A stretch of 64,000 nucleotides of DNA from Coriobacteriia bacterium (GTDB lineage: Bacteria > Actinomycetota > Coriobacteriia > Anaerosomatales > Kmv31). The stretch covers positions 58-64,057 of the forward strand of contig JACUUM010000004.1 in NCBI GenBank assembly GCA_014859305.1, in the 5' to 3' direction. The notes under the pieces are model-generated. The model had not been told where the DNA came from, ran no database searches, and worked only from the letters and a program-made list of their open reading frames with translations. This document shows positions 37,488-47,324 of this stretch, piece after piece (positions within the stretch are counted from its first letter, which is position 1; the number at the start of each line of letters is the position of its first letter). Made by a program: the position numbers and the translations under genes.

Positions 37488-38611
37488 GCGGCTTCTCGCG
37501 CATCATCGTCGTCGGTGTGGGGCTGATCGGCGGGTCGCTGGCCGCCGCCGTGCGCGCCCTTGCGGAGGCGCCGCCGGTCCTCGGCGTGGATACCGACGAG
37601 GAGGCGCTGGCCTGGGCCGTCGAGCACGGCGTTCTCGACGAGGGCCTCTCGCCGGAAGCCGCCGAGGCCGCCGGGTGGCTGGCAGGCGGGCCGGCGGACC
37701 TCGTCGTGCTGGCCACGCCGGCGGCGGCGGCCGAGGAATGGCTCCGCCGGCTCGGCGAGGTGGGCTACCGGGGTACGGTGACCGACGTCGCGTCGACCAA
37801 GACGGGCGTGACCGCGGCCGCCCGGGCGTGGCTCGCCCCCGGGGCCGCGTTCGTGGGAGGGCACCCGATGGCCGGCTCCGAGCGCAGTGGCGTGCGCAAC
37901 GCCACGCACGCGCTCTTCCGCGGGGCGTACTACGTGCTCACGCCGGATCAGTCGACCGACATGGAGGCGTACCGGCGCCTGCACGCGCTCGTGGGGGCGC
38001 TCGGCGCCCGCGCGATGTCCGTCGACCCCGATCGCCACGACGAGGCGGTCGCCGTCGTCAGCCACGTGCCGCACGTCGCGGCGTCCGCGCTCACGAACCT
38101 CGCCGCCGAGCGCGGCGGTGAGGCGTTGCGGCTGGCGGCTGGCGGCTTCAAGGACATGACCCGCGTCGCCGCAGGCTCGCCGGACCTGTGGACGGGCATC
38201 TGCCTGGACAACCGCGAGGCCATCGGGGTGGCGCTACGCGGCCTCGGCCGCGAGCTGGACGCGTTCTCCTCGGCCCTGCGCCACGGGGACGTCGCCCGAG
38301 TGCGGGCGTGGCTCGCCCGGGCCGCCGACACGCGTTCCTCCCTGCCCGCGGAGTGGGTGCCCGCGACCGAGCGCCTCACCGAGGTGACCATCCCGGTCAT
38401 CGACCGGCCCGGCGTCATAAGCGAGGTCACGATGGCCGTCGGCCGCGCGGGATGCAACATCGAGGACATCGAGATACTGCACCAGACCGAGTCGAGCGCG
38501 ATGCTGCGGCTGGTGCTGACCGACGAGGGAGACCTGCCCGCGCTGCTGGACGCCCTTCTCTCTCTCGGCTACGAACCGGAAGCCGGTCCGCTCTCCACCG
38601 AGGAGGCCTGA
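37484..38611 (+). CDS. tyrA: prephenate dehydrogenase with C-terminal ACT domain
   Basis: GTGA overlap. Motifs: IIVVGVGLIGGSLA, DVASTK, GGHPMAGSE, ACT-like tail. Confidence 0.85.
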   Translation: MSGFSRIIVVGVGLIGGSLAAAVRALAEAPPVLGVDTDEEALAWAVEHGVLDEGLSPEAAEAAGWLAGGPADLVVLATPAAAAEEWLRRLGEVGYRGTVTDVASTKTGVTAAARAWLAPGAAFVGGHPMAGSERSGVRNATHALFRGAYYVLTPDQSTDMEAYRRLHALVGALGARAMSVDPDRHDEAVAVVSHVPHVAASALTNLAAERGGEALRLAAGGFKDMTRVAAGSPDLWTGICLDNREAIGVALRGLGRELDAFSSALRHGDVARVRAWLARAADTRSSLPAEWVPATERLTEVTIPVIDRPGVISEVTMAVGRAGCNIEDIEILHQTESSAMLRLVLTDEGDLPALLDALLSLGYEPEAGPLSTEEA

Positions 38612-39928
38612 ATGCAGCACATCGTCGAGCCCCCCGCCTTTCCCGCTCGAGGAACCCTTCGGGTACCGGGCGACAAGTCCATCTCGCACCGCGCGGTGCT
38701 GCTGGCGGCCATGGCCGAGGGCACCAGCAGGCTGCACGGCGTGCTCGGCGGCGCGGACGTGCGCGCGACGATAGGCGCGGTGAGAGCGCTGGGCGCCGAG
38801 GTCGTCGAGGAGGAGGGGGAGCACGGCCTGGAGCTCGCGGCCACGGGCTGGGGCGAGCGCGGCCCCTCGGAGCCCGCGGGGCCAATCGACTGCGGCAACA
38901 GCGGCACGACGGCGCGCCTGCTGGCCGGCGTTCTGGCGCCGTGGCCGGTGACGGTCACCCTGGTCGGCGACGAGTCCCTGTCCCGCCGGCCGATGCGGCG
39001 CGTCACGCGCCCCCTCGTGGAGACGGGCGCGCGCTTCGAGCTGACCGAGGACGGCACGCTGCCGATGACGATCCGCGGCGCCGCATCGGCGATCGGCTTC
39101 AGCTACGACCTGCACGTGGCCTCCGCCCAGGTCAAGAGCGCCGTCCTGCTCGCCGGCTGCCGCGCGGAGGGCCGCACCCTGGTCACCGAGCCCGCCCCCA
39201 GCCGCGACCACACCGAGCGGATGCTGCCCGCCTTCGGCGTGCCGGTGGGCCGCGAGGGGCTCGCCGCCTGGGTGGACGGGCCGGTCGTGCCCGCCGCGAC
39301 GGAGCTGTCGGTCCCGGCCGATCCGTCCTCGGCGGCGTTCATGGCGGGAGCGGCGCTCATGCACGAGGGCGGAGAGGTGACGCTGCCCGGCTTGTCCGTG
39401 AACCCGACGCGCACGGGGTTCCTGCGCGTGATGGAGCGCATGGGGGCCCGTGTCGAGTACGCGAACGAGCGCGACGAGGGCGGGGAGTCCGTCGCCGACG
39501 TGACGGTGGCGCGCGACGGGGCGCTACAGGCCGCCGAGGTCGCCGCCGAGGAGGTGCCGTCGCTGGTCGACGAGGTCCCGCTGCTCGCGGTCGTGGCGAC
39601 GCAAGCGGAGGGCACCACGCGCTTCCGGGGCGTGGAGGAGCTGCGGCTCAAGGAGTCGGACCGGCTCGACGGTATCGTGGGGGTGTTCTCCGCGCTGTAC
39701 GTTGGCGCCAAGATCGACGAGGAGGGCACGCTCGTGATCGTGGGGCGTTCGCACGCCCCCCTGCGCGGCGACGTGGCGCTGGACAGCCGGGGGGACCACC
39801 GTCTCGCGATGGCCTACGCCGTGGCGGCGCTGGCCGCCGACGCGACGGTCGGCATCGACGGATTCGAGTGCGTGGAGGTGTCGTACCCGCGCTTCGCCGA
39901 GGACCTCGCGTCGCTGGTGTCGGGCTGA
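38612..39928 (+). CDS. aroA: 3-phosphoshikimate 1-carboxyvinyltransferase (EPSP synthase)
   Basis: VPGDKSISHRAVLLAA, CGNSGTTARLL, LKESDRL, DHRLAMA. Confidence 0.92.
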   Translation: MQHIVEPPAFPARGTLRVPGDKSISHRAVLLAAMAEGTSRLHGVLGGADVRATIGAVRALGAEVVEEEGEHGLELAATGWGERGPSEPAGPIDCGNSGTTARLLAGVLAPWPVTVTLVGDESLSRRPMRRVTRPLVETGARFELTEDGTLPMTIRGAASAIGFSYDLHVASAQVKSAVLLAGCRAEGRTLVTEPAPSRDHTERMLPAFGVPVGREGLAAWVDGPVVPAATELSVPADPSSAAFMAGAALMHEGGEVTLPGLSVNPTRTGFLRVMERMGARVEYANERDEGGESVADVTVARDGALQAAEVAAEEVPSLVDEVPLLAVVATQAEGTTRFRGVEELRLKESDRLDGIVGVFSALYVGAKIDEEGTLVIVGRSHAPLRGDVALDSRGDHRLAMAYAVAALAADATVGIDGFECVEVSYPRFAEDLASLVSG

Positions 39929-39985
39929 GGGGCGCGCGTCTGCTATCCTCTCCTCGGTCCGTCCCCCCGACCAGGAGTCCCGCCG

Positions 39986-40660
39986 ATGATCGTAGCCATA
40001 GACGGCCCGGCCGCCTCGGGCAAGTCGACCGTGGCCAAGGCCGTCGCCCGACGCCTCGGGCTGCACTACCTGGACACCGGCGCGATGTACCGCTCCGTGG
40101 CGCTGAAGGCGCTGCGGACCGGGACCCCCTTGGACGACGAGGCGGCGCTCGCCTCCCTGGCGGAGGCGTCGCGGGTGGCGTTCGCGCACGCTCCGGGCGA
40201 GCCGTTGCCCGCTGCCGTCATCCTCGACGGCGAGGACGTCACCGCCGCCATCCGCACGCCGGAGGTCGATGCGGCCGTCAGCGCCGTCGCGCGGGCACCG
40301 GGCGTGCGGGAGGCGATGGTCCGAGAGCAGCGCCGCCTGGGCCGCAGCGACGACCTGGTGGTTGAGGGCCGCGACATCGGCACGGTCGTGTTCCCGGAAG
40401 CCGAGGTCAAGGTGTACCTCTCGGCCGCGCCCGGGGAGCGGGCCCGCAGGCGCCACGCCGAGCATGCGGCGGCCGGGCACGAGGCGGAGGCCCGCGACGT
40501 GTTGGAGCGCCTGGAGGCCCGGGACGCCGCGGACTCCAGCCGGGCCGCGAGCCCTCTCGCGGTCGCCGCCGATGCCGTACGGATAGACACCACGGGAGCC
40601 GGCGTGGAACAGGTCGTCGATCGCGTCGTCGGCTTGGCGCAGCGGGCGAGGAGGCGTTGA
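39986..40660 (+). CDS. cmk: cytidylate kinase
   Basis: IVAIDGPAASGKSTVAK, LDTGAMYR. Confidence 0.9.
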   Translation: MIVAIDGPAASGKSTVAKAVARRLGLHYLDTGAMYRSVALKALRTGTPLDDEAALASLAEASRVAFAHAPGEPLPAAVILDGEDVTAAIRTPEVDAAVSAVARAPGVREAMVREQRRLGRSDDLVVEGRDIGTVVFPEAEVKVYLSAAPGERARRRHAEHAAAGHEAEARDVLERLEARDAADSSRAASPLAVAADAVRIDTTGAGVEQVVDRVVGLAQRARRR

Positions 40661-40661
40661 C

Positions 40662-41273
40662 GTGCTCTATCGCGCGTGCTGGTTCCTCGCGCAGGCCCTC
40701 CTGCGCCCGTTCTTCCGCATCCGCTGGGTCGGGCAGGGTAACGTGCCGCGCGCGGGCGGCGTCATCCTCGCGGGCAACCACGTGTCGTACCTCGACCCGA
40801 TCGTGATCCCGGCGGGGTTGTGGCGTCCGGTGAGCTTCATGGCCAAGGCGGAGCTCTTCGCCATCCCCGTGCTGGGGTGGCTCCTGCGGGCGCTGCACTC
40901 GTTCCCGGTGCGGCGGGATACCGCCGACAGGGGGGCGATCGCGAAGGCGAGCCGGCGTCTGGAAGGCGGCTGGGCGGTGGGTATCTTCCCCGAGGGGACG
41001 CGCGTCCGAGAGGGAGGCGGGCAAGGTCAGGAGGGGGCGGCGTTCCTTGCGATGCGCACGGGCGCCCCGATCGTACCGGTGGGCATCGACGGTACGGGCG
41101 GGGTGCGGCCTCCGGGCGTGCGCTCCGTGCGCTTTCCGCGGATCTCGGTGGCCTACGGCGAGCCGATCGAGCCGGGCGCCTTCGCCGGAGGGAGCCGCGA
41201 ACGCGTCTCGGCGATGACCGCGGAGCTGATGGCCGGGATCGGGGCCGCGCTCGACGAAGCGAGGAGGGTCTAG
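40662..41273 (+). CDS. plsC: 1-acyl-sn-glycerol-3-phosphate acyltransferase
   Basis: NHVSYLDP (HxxxxD) and FPEGTR motifs. Confidence 0.85.
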   Translation: MLYRACWFLAQALLRPFFRIRWVGQGNVPRAGGVILAGNHVSYLDPIVIPAGLWRPVSFMAKAELFAIPVLGWLLRALHSFPVRRDTADRGAIAKASRRLEGGWAVGIFPEGTRVREGGGQGQEGAAFLAMRTGAPIVPVGIDGTGGVRPPGVRSVRFPRISVAYGEPIEPGAFAGGSRERVSAMTAELMAGIGAALDEARRV

Positions 41274-42118
41274 TGCGCGTCGAGGTCGCGCGGTACGCGG
41301 GGGTCTGCTACGGGGTCGAGCGCGCGCTGCGGCTGGCCGAGGAGGCGGCGGAGGCCGGGGGCAGGGTGCGCACGCTGGGGCCGCTGATCCACAACCCCCA
41401 GGCGGTCGCGGCGCTGCGCGAGAAGGGCGTCGAGGTCGCCGCGTGCCTTCACGAGGCCGACGACGGCACGCTGGTGATCCGCTCCCACGGGGTCGACCCC
41501 GCGATCATCGAAGCCGCTCGCGAGAAGGGTCTCGACGTCGTCGACGCGACGTGCCCGTTCGTGTCCGCCGCGCATCAGTGCGCTCGCGAGCTCGCCGAGC
41601 AGGGCTACTCCGTCGTCATCGTGGGCGAGGCGGAGCACCCGGAGGTCGAGGGCATCATGGCCCACGCGCCCGGAGAGGCGCTCATCGTCCAGGCCGCCGA
41701 GGACCTGCCCGACAAGCTTCCCTCGCGCAAGGTGGGAGTCGTGGTTCAGACGACGCAGTCCCTCTCCAGGCTCAACGAGGTCGTCACCGCGCTGCTCCCC
41801 CGCGTGTCGGAGCTGCGCGTATGCAACACGATCTGCAGCGCCACCGCCAAGCGCCAGCGCGCCGCCGAGGAGCTCGCCAGAGACGTCGACGTCATGGTCG
41901 TGGTAGGGGGGCACAACTCCGGCAACACCAACCGGCTGGCCGAGATCTGCAGGTCGGTGAACGACCGCGTGCACCACGTCGAGACCGCCGACGAGCTCGA
42001 CCCGGGCTGGTTCGCCGGCGCTCGCGTCGTGGGTGTGACGGCCGGTGCCTCGACGCCCCAGGAGCAGGTGTCCGGCGTGGTCCGCGCGGTCGAATCGTTC
42101 GGAGGAGGGCATGGGTGA
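41273..42118 (+). CDS. ispH: 4-hydroxy-3-methylbut-2-enyl diphosphate reductase
   Basis: GTG overlaps the plsC TAG by 1 nt. Motifs: GVCYGVERAL, LGPLIHNP, ATCPFV, NTICSAT, VVGGHNSGNTNRL. Confidence 0.9.
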   Translation: MRVEVARYAGVCYGVERALRLAEEAAEAGGRVRTLGPLIHNPQAVAALREKGVEVAACLHEADDGTLVIRSHGVDPAIIEAAREKGLDVVDATCPFVSAAHQCARELAEQGYSVVIVGEAEHPEVEGIMAHAPGEALIVQAAEDLPDKLPSRKVGVVVQTTQSLSRLNEVVTALLPRVSELRVCNTICSATAKRQRAAEELARDVDVMVVVGGHNSGNTNRLAEICRSVNDRVHHVETADELDPGWFAGARVVGVTAGASTPQEQVSGVVRAVESFGGGHG

Positions 42119-43457
42119 GAGCCGCACCCGCGGGGGTCTGATCGCCTCCGTGGCGCCGGGGTCGCCCGCCGAGGGCGCCGGCTTGCGCCCGGGCGACCGC
42201 ATCCTGGCTGCGGAGGACCGCCCGCTGCGCGACGTGCTGGACTGGCGCTGGCACGCTTCGGGAAGCGAGGTCTCGCTCCGCGTGACCGGAGGTGCCGCGG
42301 AGCGCACGGTTCGCATGCGCCGCGAGGGCGGGGAGTGGGGGGTCCTGTTCGCCGAGGCGCTCTTCGACGGCGTGCGGGAGTGCGCCAACGCATGCGCCTT
42401 CTGCTTCATCTCCCAGCTCCCGCAGGGTCTGCGGCCCTCGCTGTACGTGCGCGACGACGACTTCCGTCTCTCCTTCCTGCAGGGCAACTTCATCACCCTC
42501 ACCAACCTCGACGACACCGACGTTCGCCGCATACTCACCCAGAAGCTGAGCCCGCTGTACGTCTCGATCCACGCGGTCACCACCGCCGTGAGGCGCCGCC
42601 TGATGTCTCCCGCCGCCGGGGACGGAGCGCTGGGGAACCTCGATCGGCTCCTGCGCGGGGGGATCGACGTCCACCTGCAGGTGGTCCTCGTCCCGGGCCT
42701 GAACGACGGAGAGGAGCTCGACGAGACGCTGTCGTGGGCATCGCGGCGCGACCGCGTGCTCTCCGTGGGCGTCGTCCCGATGGGCTACACGGCACACCAG
42801 AGCCGGTTCACCTCCTCCTATGAGGACCCCTCTCGAGCCGCGGCGGTCCTTGACAGGCTGCGATCCTGGCAAGCCGTCACGCGCGTGGAGAGGGGTGAGA
42901 CCTGGGTGCAGGCCGCCGACGAGCTCTACCTCGGCGCCGGCATCGAGCTGCCGCCCTGGTCGGAGTACGACGGCTTCCCCCAGTACGAGAACGGCGTCGG
43001 TCCGTCGCGGGCGTTCGTCGACGAGGTGCGCGACGCGGTCCGCGAGGCCCATGCCGAGTCCAGCGGGGGGCGGCCCGTGCCCGTCACGCTGGTCACCGGC
43101 GCGCTGTTCGCGCCGCTGCTGCGTCGCGTGGCACCGTCGCTCAGGGCGCTGGGCGCCGCGGCGGACGTCCTGCCGGTCGCCAACTCGCTGTTCGGGGGGA
43201 ACGTGTCCGTCGCCGGTCTGCTCGGGAGGGGGGACGTCCTCGGCGGTGTCCGCGGACACGCCGGGCCGGGCCCGTACCTCGTCCCCGACGTAGTGGTAAA
43301 CTCCGACGGGCTCCTCCTCGACGACCTGGAGCACCGGGGCGATGCGGCCGACACCCTCTCCGCCGAGACGGGCAGGGACGTCCTGGTCGTGCCCAGCGAG
43401 GGGCGGGCGTTCGCGGAGCGCCTGGCGGACATCGTCGGACGGTACCGGGAGGCGTGA
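42111..43457 (+). CDS. DUF512 family protein (PDZ-like N-terminus plus radical-SAM-like core)
   Basis: GSPAEGAGLRPGDRIL and CANACAFCFISQLPQGLRPSLYVRDDDFRLSFLQGNFITLTNL. It occupies the usual position directly upstream of der. Confidence 0.75.
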   Translation: MGESRTRGGLIASVAPGSPAEGAGLRPGDRILAAEDRPLRDVLDWRWHASGSEVSLRVTGGAAERTVRMRREGGEWGVLFAEALFDGVRECANACAFCFISQLPQGLRPSLYVRDDDFRLSFLQGNFITLTNLDDTDVRRILTQKLSPLYVSIHAVTTAVRRRLMSPAAGDGALGNLDRLLRGGIDVHLQVVLVPGLNDGEELDETLSWASRRDRVLSVGVVPMGYTAHQSRFTSSYEDPSRAAAVLDRLRSWQAVTRVERGETWVQAADELYLGAGIELPPWSEYDGFPQYENGVGPSRAFVDEVRDAVREAHAESSGGRPVPVTLVTGALFAPLLRRVAPSLRALGAAADVLPVANSLFGGNVSVAGLLGRGDVLGGVRGHAGPGPYLVPDVVVNSDGLLLDDLEHRGDAADTLSAETGRDVLVVPSEGRAFAERLADIVGRYREA

Positions 43458-43460
43458 GGC

Positions 43461-44774
43461 ATGGCGCTGCCGCTCGTGGCGGTCGTCGGCAGGCCGAACG
43501 TGGGCAAGTCGACGATGGTCAACCGCATAGCGCAGGCCTCGGAAGCGATCGTGCACGAGGCGCCCGGCGTCACTCGCGACCGCAGCTACCACCGCGCCGA
43601 CTGGAACGGGCGCGACTTCATGCTGGTGGACACGGGAGGCATCGAGTTCGGGCGCCAGGACGTCTTCGCCCCGTCCATCCGCGCGCAGGCCATGGCCGCG
43701 ACCGAGGAGGCCGACGTGATCGTCTTCCTCGTCGACGGCAAGACCGGGGTGACCACCACCGACGAGGACGTGGCCAGGATCCTCAAGCGCAGCGGCAAGC
43801 CGGTCTTCCTCGCCGTGAACAAGATGGACGACCCGTCGCGGGAGGAGGCCGTCCACGAGTTCTGGGCCCTCGGTCTCGGCGAGCCCCGGCCTGTATCCGC
43901 CACCCACGGTCACGGCTCGGGCGACCTCCTCGACGCGGTCGTCGCGGCCCTTCCCGACCTGGAGGCCGCCGAGGAGGCCGGACGGGTCGACGTCGCGATC
44001 ATAGGGCGACCGAACTCGGGGAAGTCGTCGCTGCTCAACCGCCTGGTGGGCGAGGAGCGCGCCATCGTGTCGGAGGTTCCGGGGACGACCCGCGACGCGC
44101 TGGACACGGTGATCGAGCGCGACGGCGCCCGCTACCGGCTAGTGGACACCGCCGGCATCCGCAGGCAGGCCAGGATCGACGAGTCGGTGGAGTACTACGG
44201 GTTCGTGCGCGCGATGCGCGCGATAGACCGCGCCGACGTGGCTCTGCTGGTCGTGGACGCCACCATCGGCGTGACCGACGGCGACCAGCGCGTGGCGCGC
44301 TTCGCCGAGGAGCGGGGATGCGCGCTCGTGGTGCTGCTGAACAAGTGGGACGCACTGGCCACGCCCGAGGAGAAGGAGGAGGTCTACGACGATCTGGTGC
44401 GCAAGCTCGGGTTCGTCGGCTACGCGCCCGTCCTGCGGATCAGCGCGCTCACGGGCCGAGGGGTCGGCCGTGTCCTGCAGGCCGTGGACACGGTCTACGA
44501 GTCGTACGTCTCCGAGATCCCGACCAGCCGGCTCAACAAGTTGCTGACCGAGTTGCGCGACGTCGGTCACACCGTCTCCAAGGGCGGCCGCACGCTCAAG
44601 GTCAACTACGTCACCCAGACCGGCACCAAGCCGCCCGTCTTCACGTTCTTCGCGAACCAGCCCAAGCTGGCCGACGACAGCTTCCGCCGCTACCTGGAGA
44701 ACCGGATGCGCGAACGGTTCGACCTGACCGGGACGCCGGTCGTCCTGAGGTTCAAGGCCAAGGAGCGGCCGTGA
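43461..44774 (+). CDS. der: ribosome biogenesis GTPase Der (EngA)
   Basis: Two tandem G domains (GRPNVGKST / GRPNSGKSS, DTGG / DTAG, NKMD / NKWD) and a KH-like C-terminus. Confidence 0.93.
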   Translation: MALPLVAVVGRPNVGKSTMVNRIAQASEAIVHEAPGVTRDRSYHRADWNGRDFMLVDTGGIEFGRQDVFAPSIRAQAMAATEEADVIVFLVDGKTGVTTTDEDVARILKRSGKPVFLAVNKMDDPSREEAVHEFWALGLGEPRPVSATHGHGSGDLLDAVVAALPDLEAAEEAGRVDVAIIGRPNSGKSSLLNRLVGEERAIVSEVPGTTRDALDTVIERDGARYRLVDTAGIRRQARIDESVEYYGFVRAMRAIDRADVALLVVDATIGVTDGDQRVARFAEERGCALVVLLNKWDALATPEEKEEVYDDLVRKLGFVGYAPVLRISALTGRGVGRVLQAVDTVYESYVSEIPTSRLNKLLTELRDVGHTVSKGGRTLKVNYVTQTGTKPPVFTFFANQPKLADDSFRRYLENRMRERFDLTGTPVVLRFKAKERP

Positions 44775-45448
44775 CCTACGGGATGGCGGGCATCCTGGCC
44801 GCACTGCTGATCGCGTACCTGGCGGGCGGGATCCCGGTCGCCTACATCGTCGGCCGCGTCCACCGGGGCATCGACATCCGGGAGCACGGCTCCGGCAACG
44901 TCGGCACGACGAACGCATGGCGTGTCCTGGGGCCGGCGGCCGGAGTCGCGGTGCTGGTGCTCGACGTCGTGAAGGGGGCGGTCGCGGTCCTGGCCGCGCC
45001 GTACGCGGCCGCGGCCGTGTCCTGGCAGGCGTCAGGCGCGGCGCCGGCCGGGGTCTCGGCCGCCCTGCCGGTGCTGGCGGGCCTCACCGCCGTCCTCGGC
45101 CACACGTACACGCCCTTCCTGCGCTTCCGTGGCGGCAAGGGCATCGCCACCGCCGCAGGGGTCCTGCTCGTCGTCACGCCGCTGGCCGTCCCGATACTCC
45201 TCGGCGTGTTCGCCGTGGTGGTGGCTCTCACGCGCATGGTCTCCGCGGGCTCGCTGGTGATCGCGTTGCTCTATCCGGGTGTCGTGGGGCTGTTCTACAG
45301 GGACGTGCCGGGCGCGCTGCCCTTCGCGGTCGCAGCCGCGGCGCTGTTGACGTGGAGGCATCGCGGCAACATCGCGCGCATCGCGCGGGGACAGGAACGT
45401 AAGGTAGTCTGGAGGAGGGCGACCAGGGAGAGCGGAGGCGAGCGGTGA
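44771..45448 (+). CDS. plsY: glycerol-3-phosphate acyltransferase PlsY
   Basis: GTGA overlap. Motifs: GSGNVGTTN, FRGGKGIAT; polytopic. Confidence 0.88.
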   Translation: MTYGMAGILAALLIAYLAGGIPVAYIVGRVHRGIDIREHGSGNVGTTNAWRVLGPAAGVAVLVLDVVKGAVAVLAAPYAAAAVSWQASGAAPAGVSAALPVLAGLTAVLGHTYTPFLRFRGGKGIATAAGVLLVVTPLAVPILLGVFAVVVALTRMVSAGSLVIALLYPGVVGLFYRDVPGALPFAVAAAALLTWRHRGNIARIARGQERKVVWRRATRESGGER

Positions 45449-46479
45449 CGCGGACCGTCGCGGTGGTGGGAGCCGGCTCGTGGGGGACGGCCGTCGCCTG
45501 GATGCTCGGCGGCAAGGGCCACGACGTGCGGCTGTGGGCGCGGCGGCCCGAGACCGCGGAGGCCATCGAGGCGGAGCGCCGGAACCCGCGCTACCTCACG
45601 GACGTCCTGCTGCCCGAGACCGTCGGGGCGTACTCGGACCTCGCCCGGGCGACCTCGGGCGCCGAGCTCGTCGTGATCGTCACGCCCAGCCACGGCGTGC
45701 GAGAAGCAGCAGGTGCGCTGCGGCCGCTCCTGTCCTCCGAGGTGCCCGTCGTCAGCCTCGCCAAGGGCCTCGAGCGCGGGACGCTGCTGCGGATGACCGA
45801 GGTGCTCGCCGAGGAGCTCGGCGGGCCGGAACGACTGGCGGCGCTCTCCGGCCCCAACCACGCCGAGGAGGTCTCGCGCGGCATCCCGTCGGCCACCGTC
45901 GCCGCCGCGCACGACGAGGGGCTCGCGGCCTTCGTCCGTGATGCGTTCATGACACCGTTCTTCCGCGTGTACACGAATCCGGACATCGTGGGCGTGGAGT
46001 TGTGCGGCGCCTCCAAGAACGTGATCGCCGTGGCGGCGGGGATATCGGACGGTCTGGGCTTCGGCGACAACACGAAGGCCTCGCTCATGACCCGCGGGCT
46101 CGCGGAGATGTCCCGGCTCGGCAAGACTGCCGGAGCGAGGCAGCTGACCTTCATGGGGCTGGCGGGCATGGGCGACCTGATCGCTACGTGCACCTCGCGC
46201 CACAGCAGGAACCGCTCGGTCGGCGAGGCGGTCGGCAAGGGCGGTACGGTGGCGGAGTGGGAGGCGTCCACGCGCATGGTCGCCGAGGGCACGACCGCGG
46301 CCCTCACGATCGGGCAGCTCGCCGGCCGCTACGGGGTCGAGCTGCCCATCACCTCGCTCGTGAGGCGTATCCTGTACGAGGGGCTGCCGGCGCGAGAGGC
46401 CGTCGAGAAGCTGATGACGCGCACGGCGGTCGACGAGATGCACGGCATGGGGCTGCTCGAGGGAGGGGAGCGCAGGTGA
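45445..46479 (+). CDS. gpsA: NAD(P)H-dependent glycerol-3-phosphate dehydrogenase
   Basis: GTGA overlap. Motifs: VAVVGAGSWGTAVA, NPRYL, GASKNVIAVAAG. Confidence 0.92.
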   Translation: MTRTVAVVGAGSWGTAVAWMLGGKGHDVRLWARRPETAEAIEAERRNPRYLTDVLLPETVGAYSDLARATSGAELVVIVTPSHGVREAAGALRPLLSSEVPVVSLAKGLERGTLLRMTEVLAEELGGPERLAALSGPNHAEEVSRGIPSATVAAAHDEGLAAFVRDAFMTPFFRVYTNPDIVGVELCGASKNVIAVAAGISDGLGFGDNTKASLMTRGLAEMSRLGKTAGARQLTFMGLAGMGDLIATCTSRHSRNRSVGEAVGKGGTVAEWEASTRMVAEGTTAALTIGQLAGRYGVELPITSLVRRILYEGLPAREAVEKLMTRTAVDEMHGMGLLEGGERR

Positions 46480-47171
46480 GCATCGACCCGTCCGTCTTCG
46501 GAGGTGAGCGCGTGGTGCTCGCACCGTCGATCCTCGCGGCGGACTTCACGCGTCTCGCCGAGGCCGTCTCGCTGGCCGAGGAGGCCGGAGCGGACCTCGT
46601 GCACGTGGACGTCATGGACGGGTGTTTCGTGCCTAACGTCACCGTGGGACCGCCGGTGGTGCGCGCCCTGAAGCGAGTCACCTCGCTGCCGTTGGACGTC
46701 CACCTCATGGTCGCGGACCCCGACGGCACCGTGGAATGGTACCTCGACGCCGGCGCGGACATCGTCACGGTGCACGTCGAGGCCTCCACCCACCTGCACC
46801 GAACGCTCGGAGCGGTCAAGGAAGCGGGGGCCTCCGCCGGCGTCACCTTGAACCCGGCCACGCCCGTGCACTCGCTCCGGGACGCCGTCGGCTACGCCGA
46901 CCTCGTGCTCGTGATGAGCGTCAACCCCGGCTTCGGCGGCCAGCGCTTCATCCCGCGGTCCGTCGAACGGGTTCGCGAGATCGCGGAACTGTGCGCCGAC
47001 GAGGGGGCCGCCCCGGTCATCCAGGTCGACGGCGGCATAGACGTCGCGACCGCGCCGCTGGTGGTGGAGGCGGGCGCCCGGGTCCTGGTGGCCGGCAACG
47101 CCGTGTTCGGAGACGGCGACCCCGCGGCGGCGCTCGCGGCGATCCGGCAGGCCGGTGAGTCGGCGCTCTAG
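46476..47171 (+). CDS. rpe: ribulose-phosphate 3-epimerase
   Basis: GTGA overlap. Motifs: APSILAADF, HVDVMDGCFVPN, MSVNPGFGGQ. Confidence 0.92.
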   Translation: MSIDPSVFGGERVVLAPSILAADFTRLAEAVSLAEEAGADLVHVDVMDGCFVPNVTVGPPVVRALKRVTSLPLDVHLMVADPDGTVEWYLDAGADIVTVHVEASTHLHRTLGAVKEAGASAGVTLNPATPVHSLRDAVGYADLVLVMSVNPGFGGQRFIPRSVERVREIAELCADEGAAPVIQVDGGIDVATAPLVVEAGARVLVAGNAVFGDGDPAAALAAIRQAGESAL

Positions 47172-47189
47172 CCGTGTGGTATCCTCATA

Positions 47190-47315
47190 TGCGCTTTCTT
47201 CAGGGCGGGGTGGAAGTCCCCACCGGCGGTGAGAGCCCGCGAGCCCCGATCGAAGGGGCAGACCCGGTGGAATCCCGGGGCCGACGGTGACAGTCCGGAT
47301 GGGAGAAGGAAGGTC
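47190..47315 (+). promoter_or_regulatory. FMN riboswitch (RFN element)
   Basis: The conserved core is present: CTTCAGGGCGGGGTGGAAGTCCCCACCGGCGGTGAGAGCCCGCGAGC ... GACCCGGTGGAATCCCGGGGCCGACGGTGACAGTCCGGATGGGAGAAGGAAGG. P1 pairs CTTTCTTC (47194-47201) with GAAGGAAG (47305-47312). It lies directly upstream of ribD. Confidence 0.93.
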
Positions 47316-47324
47316 GTCGCGCGC